DNA of 64,000 bases from a virus. Positions 9,364 to 18,243 of the stretch are shown here, in pieces. Position 1 is the stretch's first letter. Every line of letters starts with the position of its first letter. Made by a program: the position numbers and the translations under genes. The DNA lies in the IMG/VR virus record IMGVR_UViG_3300034175_000060, positions 1 through 64,000 of that record, one strand, 5' to 3'. The notes beneath the pieces are model-generated. The model had not been told where the DNA came from. It saw only the letters and a program-made list of their open reading frames with translations, and ran no database searches.

Positions 9364-9941
9364 TTAGCATCAGCCTCACAGATATGAAATTAGTCTCAGA
9401 ACTCTCAGAGATGTCAGAAATTGAAATGGTACAAATTGAGAACGATGAGTTGATGCAGAAGTATTTTTACCAGATTGGAATGGATTGTTATGATTTCCCC
9501 TTCGTATATGTACCAAACAAGCATCGTACCCTTGCTGGTGAAGTGGTCACAGGATTTAGGTGCGTGGGTGAGTTGCGCTGTGACTCCGCTTTCCGTGATA
9601 GCTATTTGGCTGGGATCACAGAGCGCCTAATTATCAGTAGCTACTTGGACACTTCTTTGATGCTAGAGATTGCAGAGTTGTCTTATAAAGTACGAGACTT
9701 CGACGACTACCTCAATGACTGTGACAGTATTGACTTTGACGAGAGTCGTGCGCTATTCCCAGCAAATCAGTTGGAAGATGACTGGGTAGAACAAGAAGCA
9801 ATTATTAAGAATCTGCAAGATGTCTTGACTATGATACGTGGTCCTGTGTATAATGCTTCTGGTGCTCTTAAGACAGCAGAAGAGTACAAAGAGTTTGCTG
9901 TAGCACGAGAATTTTATGAGGAGAAGTATGCAACGAATTAA
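9360..9941 (+). CDS. hypothetical acidic protein
   Basis: 193-aa ORF with GTGA overlap. Confidence 0.7.
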   Translation: MISISLTDMKLVSELSEMSEIEMVQIENDELMQKYFYQIGMDCYDFPFVYVPNKHRTLAGEVVTGFRCVGELRCDSAFRDSYLAGITERLIISSYLDTSLMLEIAELSYKVRDFDDYLNDCDSIDFDESRALFPANQLEDDWVEQEAIIKNLQDVLTMIRGPVYNASGALKTAEEYKEFAVAREFYEEKYATN

Positions 9942-11763
9942 TTACCAAGGGATTGAGATTCACCAAGAAGACCCAGAGTACATCACTGAGTTCTCCAAAA
10001 CTCTCGTAGATGGCTTTTACAAGCGTGACGATGAAACTGTATCACAAGCCTTATCCCGCCCTGCTGTAGCTTTCTGTCAAGGTGACTACGAGTTTGCTCA
10101 GCGCATTTATGACTATGCTTCAAAAGGCTGGTTCATGTATGCAGGGCGAGTATTGTCAAATAGTCAGCGTGGCAGTTGGGTAAAGAAGGAGAATCCTACC
10201 GATTGGCGTACTCATGACTTTGTGGCAGAAGAGAAGTTCTATGGTCAACCTATCAATTGCTTCGCCTTTAATGTACCAGATACGGCTAAAGGTCAAGTAA
10301 GCGTTATTCAAGAACTTGCAGAACTTTGTATGATGGGTGGTGGCACAGCAGCCCACATGGACATTCGTGGTATTGGTGGCAAGGCTGTCGGTCCAATCCC
10401 TTATATGAAGATGATGGACAGTGCTATTGCATACTTCCAACAAGGTAAAAGCAAACGTGCAGCACTTTGTGCATACTTGGATGTAGATCATCCAGACATC
10501 ATTGAGCACATCCGTTTCCGTACTCCGGGGGGTGATACCAAACGCCGCAGTGACAACCGTAAGCAGTTTCACGTAGCGGTCAATCTCACAGATGTGTTTA
10601 TTGATGCTGTATTGCAGAACAAAGATTATGATTTGAAATGCCCTCACTCTGGTCGAGTATTTGAAACTCTGCCAGCACGTAAAGTATGGGAAGAAATCAT
10701 GGAAACTCGTGCACTCACTGGTGAGCCATTCCTGTTGAAGATTGATGCAGTAAATCGTAACCTGCCACAATCCCAGAAGGATTTAGGTTTGGAAATTCGT
10801 GGCTCCAATCTGTGTACGGAAATCACCTTGCCTACTAATGCAGAACGAAGCTTTGTGTGCTGCTTGAGTAGTTTGAATCTGGAGAAGTTTGACGAGTGGA
10901 AAGATAGCAATATCGTAGAAGACCTTGTACGTTTCTTGGATAATGTCCTGCAAAGCTTCATTGACTTGGCTCCTGATACAATTAGTCGTGCTAAGTATAG
11001 TGCATCAAGGGAGCGTGCAATTGGAATTGGTGCTATGGGTTTCCACGGTTATCTCCAGAGTAAGAGTATTCCGTTTGAAGGTGGCGGTTTCAACAGTTCT
11101 GTGCAGCACACTAACATCTTGTTTAAACATATTACTGAACGTGGCGTGGCGGGCAGTCGGCAACTTGCTATTGAACGCGGCGAGCCGGAAGATATGAAAG
11201 GCACAGGTTTGCGAAACTCTCGTCTGTTTGCTTTGGCTCCTAACGCAAACAACTCGGATTTGCTGAATACTTCACCAACAATTGAGCCTTATTTCCGTAA
11301 CATCTTCTTGAAGAGTACGAAGGCTGGTAATTTTGTTGTGAAGAACATGCATCTTGCCAAAGTGTTGCAGAAGTATGGTAAAGATAATGATGCAGAATGG
11401 AAGAGTATCAAGGACAACGAGGGACGTGTTGACCATTTAGAGTACCTTACAGATCACGAGAAGCTTGTTTTCAAAGTGGCTATGGAAATGGACCAACATT
11501 GGATCGTTGAGCTTGCAGAGCATCGTGGGGCTATCATGGGGGAACACGGGCAGGCTCAGTCACTGAATGTGTACATTCCGTTTGGCAGCACTAAGAAGTA
11601 TGCAAACAGCATCCACCTTAAGTTTCTGAAAAGTCCTAATGTCTACACGATGTATTATTACAGAAGCGAGCGAGAAGGTAATAGTGACAATGCTAAAGTG
11701 ATTGAACGTAAAGCATTGGTTGATTGGTCTGACACTGGCGAATGTCTTTCGTGCGAGGGATGA
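9928..11763 (+). CDS. nrdA: class I ribonucleotide reductase alpha subunit (no ATP cone)
   Basis: PINCF, GSNLCTEI, VCCLSSLN, YYYRS, C-terminal CLSCEG. Confidence 0.95.
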   Translation: MQRINYQGIEIHQEDPEYITEFSKTLVDGFYKRDDETVSQALSRPAVAFCQGDYEFAQRIYDYASKGWFMYAGRVLSNSQRGSWVKKENPTDWRTHDFVAEEKFYGQPINCFAFNVPDTAKGQVSVIQELAELCMMGGGTAAHMDIRGIGGKAVGPIPYMKMMDSAIAYFQQGKSKRAALCAYLDVDHPDIIEHIRFRTPGGDTKRRSDNRKQFHVAVNLTDVFIDAVLQNKDYDLKCPHSGRVFETLPARKVWEEIMETRALTGEPFLLKIDAVNRNLPQSQKDLGLEIRGSNLCTEITLPTNAERSFVCCLSSLNLEKFDEWKDSNIVEDLVRFLDNVLQSFIDLAPDTISRAKYSASRERAIGIGAMGFHGYLQSKSIPFEGGGFNSSVQHTNILFKHITERGVAGSRQLAIERGEPEDMKGTGLRNSRLFALAPNANNSDLLNTSPTIEPYFRNIFLKSTKAGNFVVKNMHLAKVLQKYGKDNDAEWKSIKDNEGRVDHLEYLTDHEKLVFKVAMEMDQHWIVELAEHRGAIMGEHGQAQSLNVYIPFGSTKKYANSIHLKFLKSPNVYTMYYYRSEREGNSDNAKVIERKALVDWSDTGECLSCEG

Positions 11764-11764
11764 T

Positions 11765-12721
11765 ATGAATAAGATTACAGAAGCTACAACAATTTTCGTC
11801 CCTAAGTATCATAAGTTGAAGGAAGTGTATGACAAGCATGAGCGCGCACATTGGTTACCTGATGAAGCCGACATGTCTACTGATGTAGCACAGTGGAAAG
11901 ACGGCACAATCACTGAAGGGCAGAAGCAGTATATCAAGATGATTTTGCGAGGCTTTACCCAAGCTGATACGAATGTTTGTGCTGGATACGTTGAGAAGCT
12001 TTTGCCAGTGTTTAAGAACGCTGATGCTCGTATCATGTTGTTATCCTTTGCTGGGCGTGAGACAACTCACATGTATGGGTACAAACGACTTAACGAAACA
12101 TTGGGTTACGATAGTCAGGAGTTCATGTCAGAATTCCTCTCTTACAAAGAGATGAAGGACAAGCATGATTTCATGATTGAAGACATTGACTTGCGTTCTA
12201 ACAAGAACAAGGCTGAATATCTTGCAAAGCAAATCTTGATGGAAGGTGTTAATCTGTTTGCATCGTTCGCTATGCTGCTTAACTTCTCACGGCTGGGTCA
12301 ACTTCCCGGAATGGTGAGCGTCAACCAGTGGAGTGTAATTGATGAGTCAATGCACGTTGAGGGTTTGGCAGAGTTGTTCCGAATCTTTATTGATGAAAAT
12401 CCTTCGATTGTAAATGAAGAATTCAAGAAGGTTATTTACAACACGGCGCGTAAAGTTGTAGAGATTGAAGATGCAAACATTGATCTTTGCTACTCTGTAG
12501 ATGTTCCTGACAAGCTCTCTAAACAAGACTTGAAAGACTACATCCGGCTTATCTGTGACTACCGTATGCAGCAGATGGGATTCAAACCGCAGTTTGGTAT
12601 CACTGAGAACCCTTTGCCGTTTATTGAGGAAATCACTGGCGATGGTGTGTTTGGCAACTTCTTTGAAGCGACTATCACTGCCTACAGCAAAGACTCCCTG
12701 ACAGGTGAGTGGGAATACTAA
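11765..12721 (+). CDS. nrdB: ribonucleotide reductase beta subunit
   Basis: FTQAD, RETTHMYGY, EGVNLFASF, DESMH di-metal and tyrosyl motifs; NFFE near the C terminus. Confidence 0.95.
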   Translation: MNKITEATTIFVPKYHKLKEVYDKHERAHWLPDEADMSTDVAQWKDGTITEGQKQYIKMILRGFTQADTNVCAGYVEKLLPVFKNADARIMLLSFAGRETTHMYGYKRLNETLGYDSQEFMSEFLSYKEMKDKHDFMIEDIDLRSNKNKAEYLAKQILMEGVNLFASFAMLLNFSRLGQLPGMVSVNQWSVIDESMHVEGLAELFRIFIDENPSIVNEEFKKVIYNTARKVVEIEDANIDLCYSVDVPDKLSKQDLKDYIRLICDYRMQQMGFKPQFGITENPLPFIEEITGDGVFGNFFEATITAYSKDSLTGEWEY

Positions 12722-12724
12722 AGC

Positions 12725-12753
12725 TTGACAAACGGGAGAAGACTCTATACAAT
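12725..12753 (+). promoter_or_regulatory. sigma70-type promoter
   Basis: TTGACA-17 bp-TACAAT. Confidence 0.7.
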
Positions 12754-12777
12754 GAGCTTCTCACAATAAGGAGAACT

Positions 12778-12957
12778 ATGAAACAACTTAAACAATTAGC
12801 TTCATTGCTAATCACTATCCCGCTAGCCTTCATTGCATTGCTAGTGATTATCGTAAGTGGAACTGTCACAATTACTGTGATGGCTGTGGCTCTGTACACT
12901 TGGGTAATCTGCAATGGGATGAAAACTGTGTATAAAATGATTTTGAAATCTAACTAA
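12778..12957 (+). CDS. small membrane protein
   Basis: AGGAG RBS; long hydrophobic stretch. Confidence 0.6.
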   Translation: MKQLKQLASLLITIPLAFIALLVIIVSGTVTITVMAVALYTWVICNGMKTVYKMILKSN

Positions 12958-12966
12958 GGAATAACA

Positions 12967-13338
12967 ATGACCACCAATAACATCACCCTGCAATCCTACG
13001 CACAAGAAGTTCTGCCAAGTCTGCGCGCTCTTGATACTAAATCTCAAGTGCTTAAAGAATGGGAAGCGGACCAAACTTTTCTAACTCAGAAAAAAGCCGA
13101 AATCAAAGCTATTCAAGAAGAGATGAAAGCTTATGTGGAGAACAAAGAACCAGACTTGGTACGTGAAATTAAAGATCTGAAAACTGATATTGGCTTGGCT
13201 GTAAAAGCTATGGTCAAAGGTACTGATTATAAGAGTGCTCAGATGAAACAATACCTATCTAGTCGCGCAAAAGATAAGGTAGATGATGTGCTAGCCAAGG
13301 CAGAATTATTTGAAGAACTGGAAGAAGTTCTCAACTAA
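12967..13338 (+). CDS. coiled-coil protein, possibly a T4 DsbA/GapR-like DNA-binding protein
   Basis: All-helical with a C-terminal pattern reminiscent of DsbA; the function is a weak inference. Confidence 0.5.
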   Translation: MTTNNITLQSYAQEVLPSLRALDTKSQVLKEWEADQTFLTQKKAEIKAIQEEMKAYVENKEPDLVREIKDLKTDIGLAVKAMVKGTDYKSAQMKQYLSSRAKDKVDDVLAKAELFEELEEVLN

Positions 13339-13358
13339 TCTATTTTTGTTAATCAATT

Positions 13359-13376
13359 GCCCCTGTCGGGGCTTTT
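13359..13376 (+). terminator. intrinsic terminator
   Basis: GCCCC-TGTC-GGGGC followed by TTTT. Confidence 0.65.
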
Positions 13377-13390
13377 AGTATTGGGGATTT

Positions 13391-13951
13391 ATGAAAGAAT
13401 TTGATGTGCACGAATGGTTTTATTATGATGCAAATAGTCCCACTGGTCTGAGGTGGAATAAGGAAATTAGGTCAGGCAGAGATGGTTGTATTCTCAAGCA
13501 TAACAAAGGTGATATAGCAGGTTACCACGATCATAATAAAGGATATCTGAAGGTCTCAGCCAATCACACGAGTCGCTGTGTCCATCGCCTTGTCTGGGAG
13601 ATTTTCTACGGACAAACTGACTTGCAAATTGACCACATTGACGGAATTAAAAACAACAATAAAATAGAGAATCTCAGGCCGGTGGACAATAAGACTAATT
13701 GTAAAAATAAAAATATGTACAAGTGTAATAGCACAGGCGTCACGGGTGTTGGATTCACGACTACTAATAACGGAGTTCTTTACGTTATGGGTTACTACAA
13801 GGATGAGAATTGCAAGAATTGTCGCAAGCACTTTTCTACCAAAAAGTTCGGACTTTTGCCAGCATTTAAGATGGCTGTAGAATATAGGCAAAGAATGATT
13901 GCTCAACTAATCGAGGAAGGTCAACCTTATACAGAACGTCACGGTAAATAA
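13391..13951 (+). CDS. HNH homing endonuclease with AP2-like domain
   Basis: VHRLVWEIF...IDHIDGIKNNNKIENLR; NSTGVTGV. Confidence 0.88.
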   Translation: MKEFDVHEWFYYDANSPTGLRWNKEIRSGRDGCILKHNKGDIAGYHDHNKGYLKVSANHTSRCVHRLVWEIFYGQTDLQIDHIDGIKNNNKIENLRPVDNKTNCKNKNMYKCNSTGVTGVGFTTTNNGVLYVMGYYKDENCKNCRKHFSTKKFGLLPAFKMAVEYRQRMIAQLIEEGQPYTERHGK

Positions 13952-13954
13952 CGC

Positions 13955-13985
13955 AAAAAGCCCACAACCTTCTCAGGGAGTGGGT
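13955..13985 (-). terminator. terminator at the convergence of the replication and lysis operons
   Basis: GCCCAC...GTGGGT hairpin preceded by AAAAA. Confidence 0.6.
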
Positions 13986-14019
13986 AAAATCTTTCTACCA
14001 GAAAGAATATCTTTACGTG

Positions 14020-14262
14020 TTACTTGTCTTTTACAGCGTCTATCAATGCCTTGTGAGAATCGTCACAACGATGGTAGATTGCTGCGTTACTAGTTATATT
14101 GGTCAACATATCTTTGCCAGTTAATCCCTGCAATTGCTCCAACGGTTCGCATTGAACTAGGAGTGATGCAGGGATTTTAGCATTTGGGATTGGCTTATTA
14201 GATGCGCAGCCTCCAACGCTAATTAGCAGAAGCACAGCAACAATCTTATTTAGGCGCTTCAT
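14020..14262 (-). CDS. o-spanin (Rz1-like lipoprotein)
   Basis: Signal peptide with lipobox VGGC; Pro-rich; follows the i-spanin. Confidence 0.85.
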   Translation of the reverse strand: MKRLNKIVAVLLLISVGGCASNKPIPNAKIPASLLVQCEPLEQLQGLTGKDMLTNITSNAAIYHRCDDSHKALIDAVKDK

Positions 14263-14593
14263 AAGCTTCCCCTTTCAGCGCCTTGTTAGCTACGGCCAAT
14301 CCTTGCTCATCAATACACACATTCTTGTATATTTCTCTTTCAACAATCTGAGGAACAATCTTGGTAATTGTGTTAGTCTGGATAATACGTTCAGCTTTAG
14401 TGTTCTCAAGCTTCGTAGCCACTTCTTCATAGCGTGCTTGTGCTTTCTGGTTTGAAGTTGCCTGAGCAACCTTCCAAGCGTCATCTGCTGAGTTGTACCC
14501 TGCGTTATAAGTGAACCAAGCAGCCCCTGCCACAACAGCAATCACAATCAACCACTCAGCAATCTTGGCTTGTATTCCAACGAGATTAAACAT
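14246..14593 (-). CDS. i-spanin (Rz-like)
   Basis: N-terminal TM helix then coiled coil, with a C-terminal Cys; start MFNLVG after AGGA. Confidence 0.8.
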   Translation of the reverse strand: MFNLVGIQAKIAEWLIVIAVVAGAAWFTYNAGYNSADDAWKVAQATSNQKAQARYEEVATKLENTKAERIIQTNTITKIVPQIVEREIYKNVCIDEQGLAVANKALKGEAYEAPK

Positions 14594-14825
14594 CCTTCTC
14601 ACCTTTAACTTCCAGAGACTGTTTAGTACGAACACGAAGATAAATATTGAATACAACCACAACCATCCCGACAGTTTTAAATATGTTATCTGGGACATAT
14701 TGTGCCATCTGTGGGAGATTATCTTGAACACCTGACACAATATCATTAGCGAAAGGGAAAGCTGCTAGGAACAAACCATTGACCCACATTGTAAGAGATT
14801 TAAAAGCTCCTCTAATCTTGTTCAT
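14586..14825 (-). CDS. holin
   Basis: 79 aa, two TM segments, basic C terminus, between endolysin and spanins. Confidence 0.75.
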   Translation of the reverse strand: MNKIRGAFKSLTMWVNGLFLAAFPFANDIVSGVQDNLPQMAQYVPDNIFKTVGMVVVVFNIYLRVRTKQSLEVKGEKDV

Positions 14826-14826
14826 A

Positions 14827-15384
14827 TTATCCCTTTACAGAAGCATACAAATCCGCCTCACGCTTGCGACGATTCCTCAATCCATCGTTAGGCTTACCGT
14901 TTGCTATAATATATTGATTGAATTTATTAAATACAGCAATATGATCTTTAGCTTGCACACGCTTACTGATGTCGTATTTAATGTAATTTGTGATTCCAAT
15001 ATTGTAGACGAGTGAGGTAATGGCAGCTTGTCTCTCAGGAGAGAACGTAGCCAATGCAGGAGTGGCCTTAATAGCTGCTGTCATAAACTCTCGCACACGC
15101 TTGTCAAGCTTTGTATCAGCTTCTTGTTGAGTGTACACAGTGTTCTTGGTAACCCCTTGTGTTTCACCAAAGCCACAAGTATAAGGGGTGGCTTTGAGAT
15201 ATTCCCACTCTTTAGGTACAGCCCATTTACCTTGCAGGTACGCGTTCCACTGATTGTGAGCTTGGATAGCCTGTGCAAGATCGGACGCTGGATCGCAATA
15301 AGCCTTCAGGTAACAACCTTCAGAAAGCTTCACAAGTTTTGTGGCAATCTTTACAGCCGTTTCATTTAAAATAATTTCAGTCAT
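14827..15384 (-). CDS. endolysin (GH24 lysozyme)
   Basis: SEGCYLKAYCD...TCGFGET, SLVYNIG, GLRNRRKREADLY. Confidence 0.9.
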   Translation of the reverse strand: MTEIILNETAVKIATKLVKLSEGCYLKAYCDPASDLAQAIQAHNQWNAYLQGKWAVPKEWEYLKATPYTCGFGETQGVTKNTVYTQQEADTKLDKRVREFMTAAIKATPALATFSPERQAAITSLVYNIGITNYIKYDISKRVQAKDHIAVFNKFNQYIIANGKPNDGLRNRRKREADLYASVKG

Positions 15385-15445
15385 ATCATTGTTCCTTTAG
15401 GGTAGAATTACAAAAGGGTCGTCTTAGTGCGACCTCAATATTTAA

Positions 15446-15811
15446 TTAGGAGTTGTTGCCGATGTTGTTTGCCCTAAAAAGCAAATTCAACTGGTTCAAA
15501 ATATTTGTCTCGGTGCTTCGCAGTGCTTCCCTCATTTGAGCCATCTGTTCACGCATATCTGCCCGCAACAATTCAATATCCCTATCTGCTCTGGCCTGTG
15601 ATTTCTCTACTAGATGCTTGGCTTCATCCCTCATCTCACTCAATCCTTTTTCAAGTTTAGATTCGATTTTTAGGAATCTATCGAGGTTGCTGGTATCTGA
15701 GTTTTTTAAGTCTTGTATCTCTTGTCTTGCAAAAAACCATACGGTGCTAAAAAGAACTGTTAAGATAAATAACAGTCCGGGGAAAAGCCAACTAAGTGTT
15801 TCTACTGGCAT
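15446..15811 (-). CDS. membrane-anchored coiled-coil protein (lysis-associated?)
   Basis: Single N-terminal TM plus coiled coil; just upstream of the endolysin. Confidence 0.6.
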   Translation of the reverse strand: MPVETLSWLFPGLLFILTVLFSTVWFFARQEIQDLKNSDTSNLDRFLKIESKLEKGLSEMRDEAKHLVEKSQARADRDIELLRADMREQMAQMREALRSTETNILNQLNLLFRANNIGNNS

Positions 15812-15869
15812 ATATATAGTCCTTTGTTTAATGTAAAATATAATGATTGAAGATTGCCCTACTACCACC

Positions 15870-18203
15870 TTACAACAAGCCTTCAATAGTTGCTGTCAAA
15901 TAACTCTTCGTGGTATAAGCTACATTGATTTCCCAATCTTTGTAATAACCGTAGACAATTAAGGAAGACTTCTTATTACTAGTTCTATCCATTAAAGTTG
16001 TGTTGGCATTCCACACACAAGCTGTTGCGCGGATGCTCGCCAACAATCGTGCTGTCTTATCAACGTCGGCATCTTCCAACATTTGCTTAGTGTTCATCCT
16101 TTTAGCATAACCCCTCTTCGTGAGTGTAGGATTACCAAAAGCATCCATAGTTTTTATGGAATAATCTGTAACACCAATAGTTGGACTAGTCTCTGTCGAG
16201 CCTAAGTGATATTCTGTACCCACAACAAAGTTACCAATGGCAGGTGCAGCATTCGCTGAATATACGTCAATTAACACATACGCATCAGTATACGTAGGTA
16301 ATCCAGTGAGGGAATAATCCGTGATAGGTATACCCCTACCTGTAAAGTCGATTACTTTAGAATAGACCTGCACATAGTTAGAGAATATTTTCACAGTGAT
16401 CGTGTCAGCGCTGACGTTCACAAAATTTAGACTAGACAGACTATTTATTTGAATCCAAGTGTATATATGCCCAGCTACAGCACCTGTAGTCTGAGTACCT
16501 ACTTGACTATCAAACATCGCATATGCATTTGTAGCACCTATAACAGACCACCAAGTAGGGCTTGTGTCAGGTTGATGAGCAATGTTAGATGCTTGTAGAG
16601 AAGCATACTTTACGTGATTGAATATTACAGAGTTGTTGCCTGATACATCCACTGCATAATTCGTAATGTTTGACCAGACAGGAAAATCATTTTCTGCTAT
16701 GTTTGAATATATCAAACCAAATGTTGATACATCAGGTTGTCTAACACCATTGACTGATGTTGTTACATCAGCAGGAGCTATGGGACTTGGCGCGTTTGAT
16801 ACGGATATAATAGGTGATGTCTCGCAATAACCTTCTTCAAATTGCATACCCCATCCAACACAAGCATTAGCTGAGTTTCCACCTGTCCACGATGTTGATC
16901 CGTCATTGTTTACAGAAGGCCAAAATTTAACAACTGCTGTGGTATTCCCAGTACTATTGTTAGGCACACCAATAGACAACCTCCACCAACCAATTCCACC
17001 TGAACCAGATGGGTAGTTTTTGAGATTGAGATAAACTGGGCTAGAAAATAAAGTTGTAGTATTCGTGACACCTGTTGATGGGTTCAAAGATATGCCAGCA
17101 CTTGTCGGTGTTGCACCTCCTGCGTATTCAACCGAGAGTCCTACTATCGACCCACTGTTTTTTCTGACGAACACAGAAAATATCTTCATACTAGAGTCAT
17201 TTACCACAGTGCACGACTGACCAATGTAACCTATTATTCCAGATGTGGTGTTACTTGTAACAAAACCCCCATTGTTCATTGTAGTAGGGTCTGTACCAGT
17301 GCCGCCGTTTTGGGTTAAATTCACAAGTGATTTAGTCCACACTGCATCCTGCGGACTGTTAGACTGTACAAGCAAATTCCTAGCAGAAGGCTCTACCAGT
17401 AACTTAGGTAGAAGAGCTAGATTATCAGGAGTGTAATCCATCCTTGCAACATTCGTAGAAATTGCCAGCAATCCTGCGGAATTTACCCTGTACCTAGTAC
17501 CACCCCCTGACACGTAAGTTTGGACGGAAGGGATGTAACTAGAAATATCACCACTCTCTAATTGTGCTCCCCACAAATACAGTCCAGAGATTCCATCTCC
17601 AGTGTAAGTAGTGGAACCATTATAAATACCAAAAGAGATTGTACCTCCGCTAGATGGCTGGCTCACTATACACCTATACCAACCATTCGCTAAAGCTTGA
17701 ATACTAGCAGTACCTATGGGTGCAGCGTTACTGATGATAGAGTAAGTTCCAGAGGTTAAATCAAAAGTTGTGGTTTGATCCGAACCTGTTCCAGAATTTA
17801 AACGTATGTATATTTTATTACGTTCTTTAGCTTTAGCATATACAGAAAACGTCACAGGGTTTGTAGCCGTGAGTGTTCGTGAGAGTGTATGTAGAGAGTT
17901 CTCAGCAGTTTCCACGTACCGATGTGCTGTGTAAGTTCCATCAGGAGCTTTAGTTGCGTGATACCCGATATTTAAGCCAGTCGTAGAATAACCACCTTGC
18001 AAATCTTCTGAATAATTCGAGAAGTTTGTTTCGAGTGATTCTAATATCGGTGTTGGGGGTGCTGTGAGATTTGCTGGGTCATACCCCAGCCGTAGTATAT
18101 TATTCGCCGCATACGAGAGCGATCCTGTGCTGTTGACGTAGCTTGCCAAAGACGCCCTAGTGAACGTAGTAGCACTGATTGTTTTTGGAACGGTTACGTC
18201 CAT
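15870..18203 (-). CDS. tail-tip protein with inserted carbohydrate-binding-like modules
   Basis: Follows the tape measure; two repeated beta-rich modules (GWYRC..WGAQLE / GWWRL..WGMQFE); conserved-looking C-terminal core. Confidence 0.7.
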   Translation of the reverse strand: MDVTVPKTISATTFTRASLASYVNSTGSLSYAANNILRLGYDPANLTAPPTPILESLETNFSNYSEDLQGGYSTTGLNIGYHATKAPDGTYTAHRYVETAENSLHTLSRTLTATNPVTFSVYAKAKERNKIYIRLNSGTGSDQTTTFDLTSGTYSIISNAAPIGTASIQALANGWYRCIVSQPSSGGTISFGIYNGSTTYTGDGISGLYLWGAQLESGDISSYIPSVQTYVSGGGTRYRVNSAGLLAISTNVARMDYTPDNLALLPKLLVEPSARNLLVQSNSPQDAVWTKSLVNLTQNGGTGTDPTTMNNGGFVTSNTTSGIIGYIGQSCTVVNDSSMKIFSVFVRKNSGSIVGLSVEYAGGATPTSAGISLNPSTGVTNTTTLFSSPVYLNLKNYPSGSGGIGWWRLSIGVPNNSTGNTTAVVKFWPSVNNDGSTSWTGGNSANACVGWGMQFEEGYCETSPIISVSNAPSPIAPADVTTSVNGVRQPDVSTFGLIYSNIAENDFPVWSNITNYAVDVSGNNSVIFNHVKYASLQASNIAHQPDTSPTWWSVIGATNAYAMFDSQVGTQTTGAVAGHIYTWIQINSLSSLNFVNVSADTITVKIFSNYVQVYSKVIDFTGRGIPITDYSLTGLPTYTDAYVLIDVYSANAAPAIGNFVVGTEYHLGSTETSPTIGVTDYSIKTMDAFGNPTLTKRGYAKRMNTKQMLEDADVDKTARLLASIRATACVWNANTTLMDRTSNKKSSLIVYGYYKDWEINVAYTTKSYLTATIEGLL

Positions 18204-18217
18204 AGGTTTCCTTAAAA

Positions 18218-18240
18218 GAGAAGGGAGCTAGCTCCCTTCT
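18218..18240 (-). terminator. hairpin after the tape measure gene
   Basis: AGAAGGGAGCTAGCTCCCTTCT perfect palindrome; followed by CTTTT on the - strand. Confidence 0.55.
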
Positions 18241-18243
18241 TAG

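Noticed and set aside
9928-12721. Intron or intein in nrdA/nrdB
   Set aside because: Both ORFs are compact and continuous with all catalytic motifs in order.
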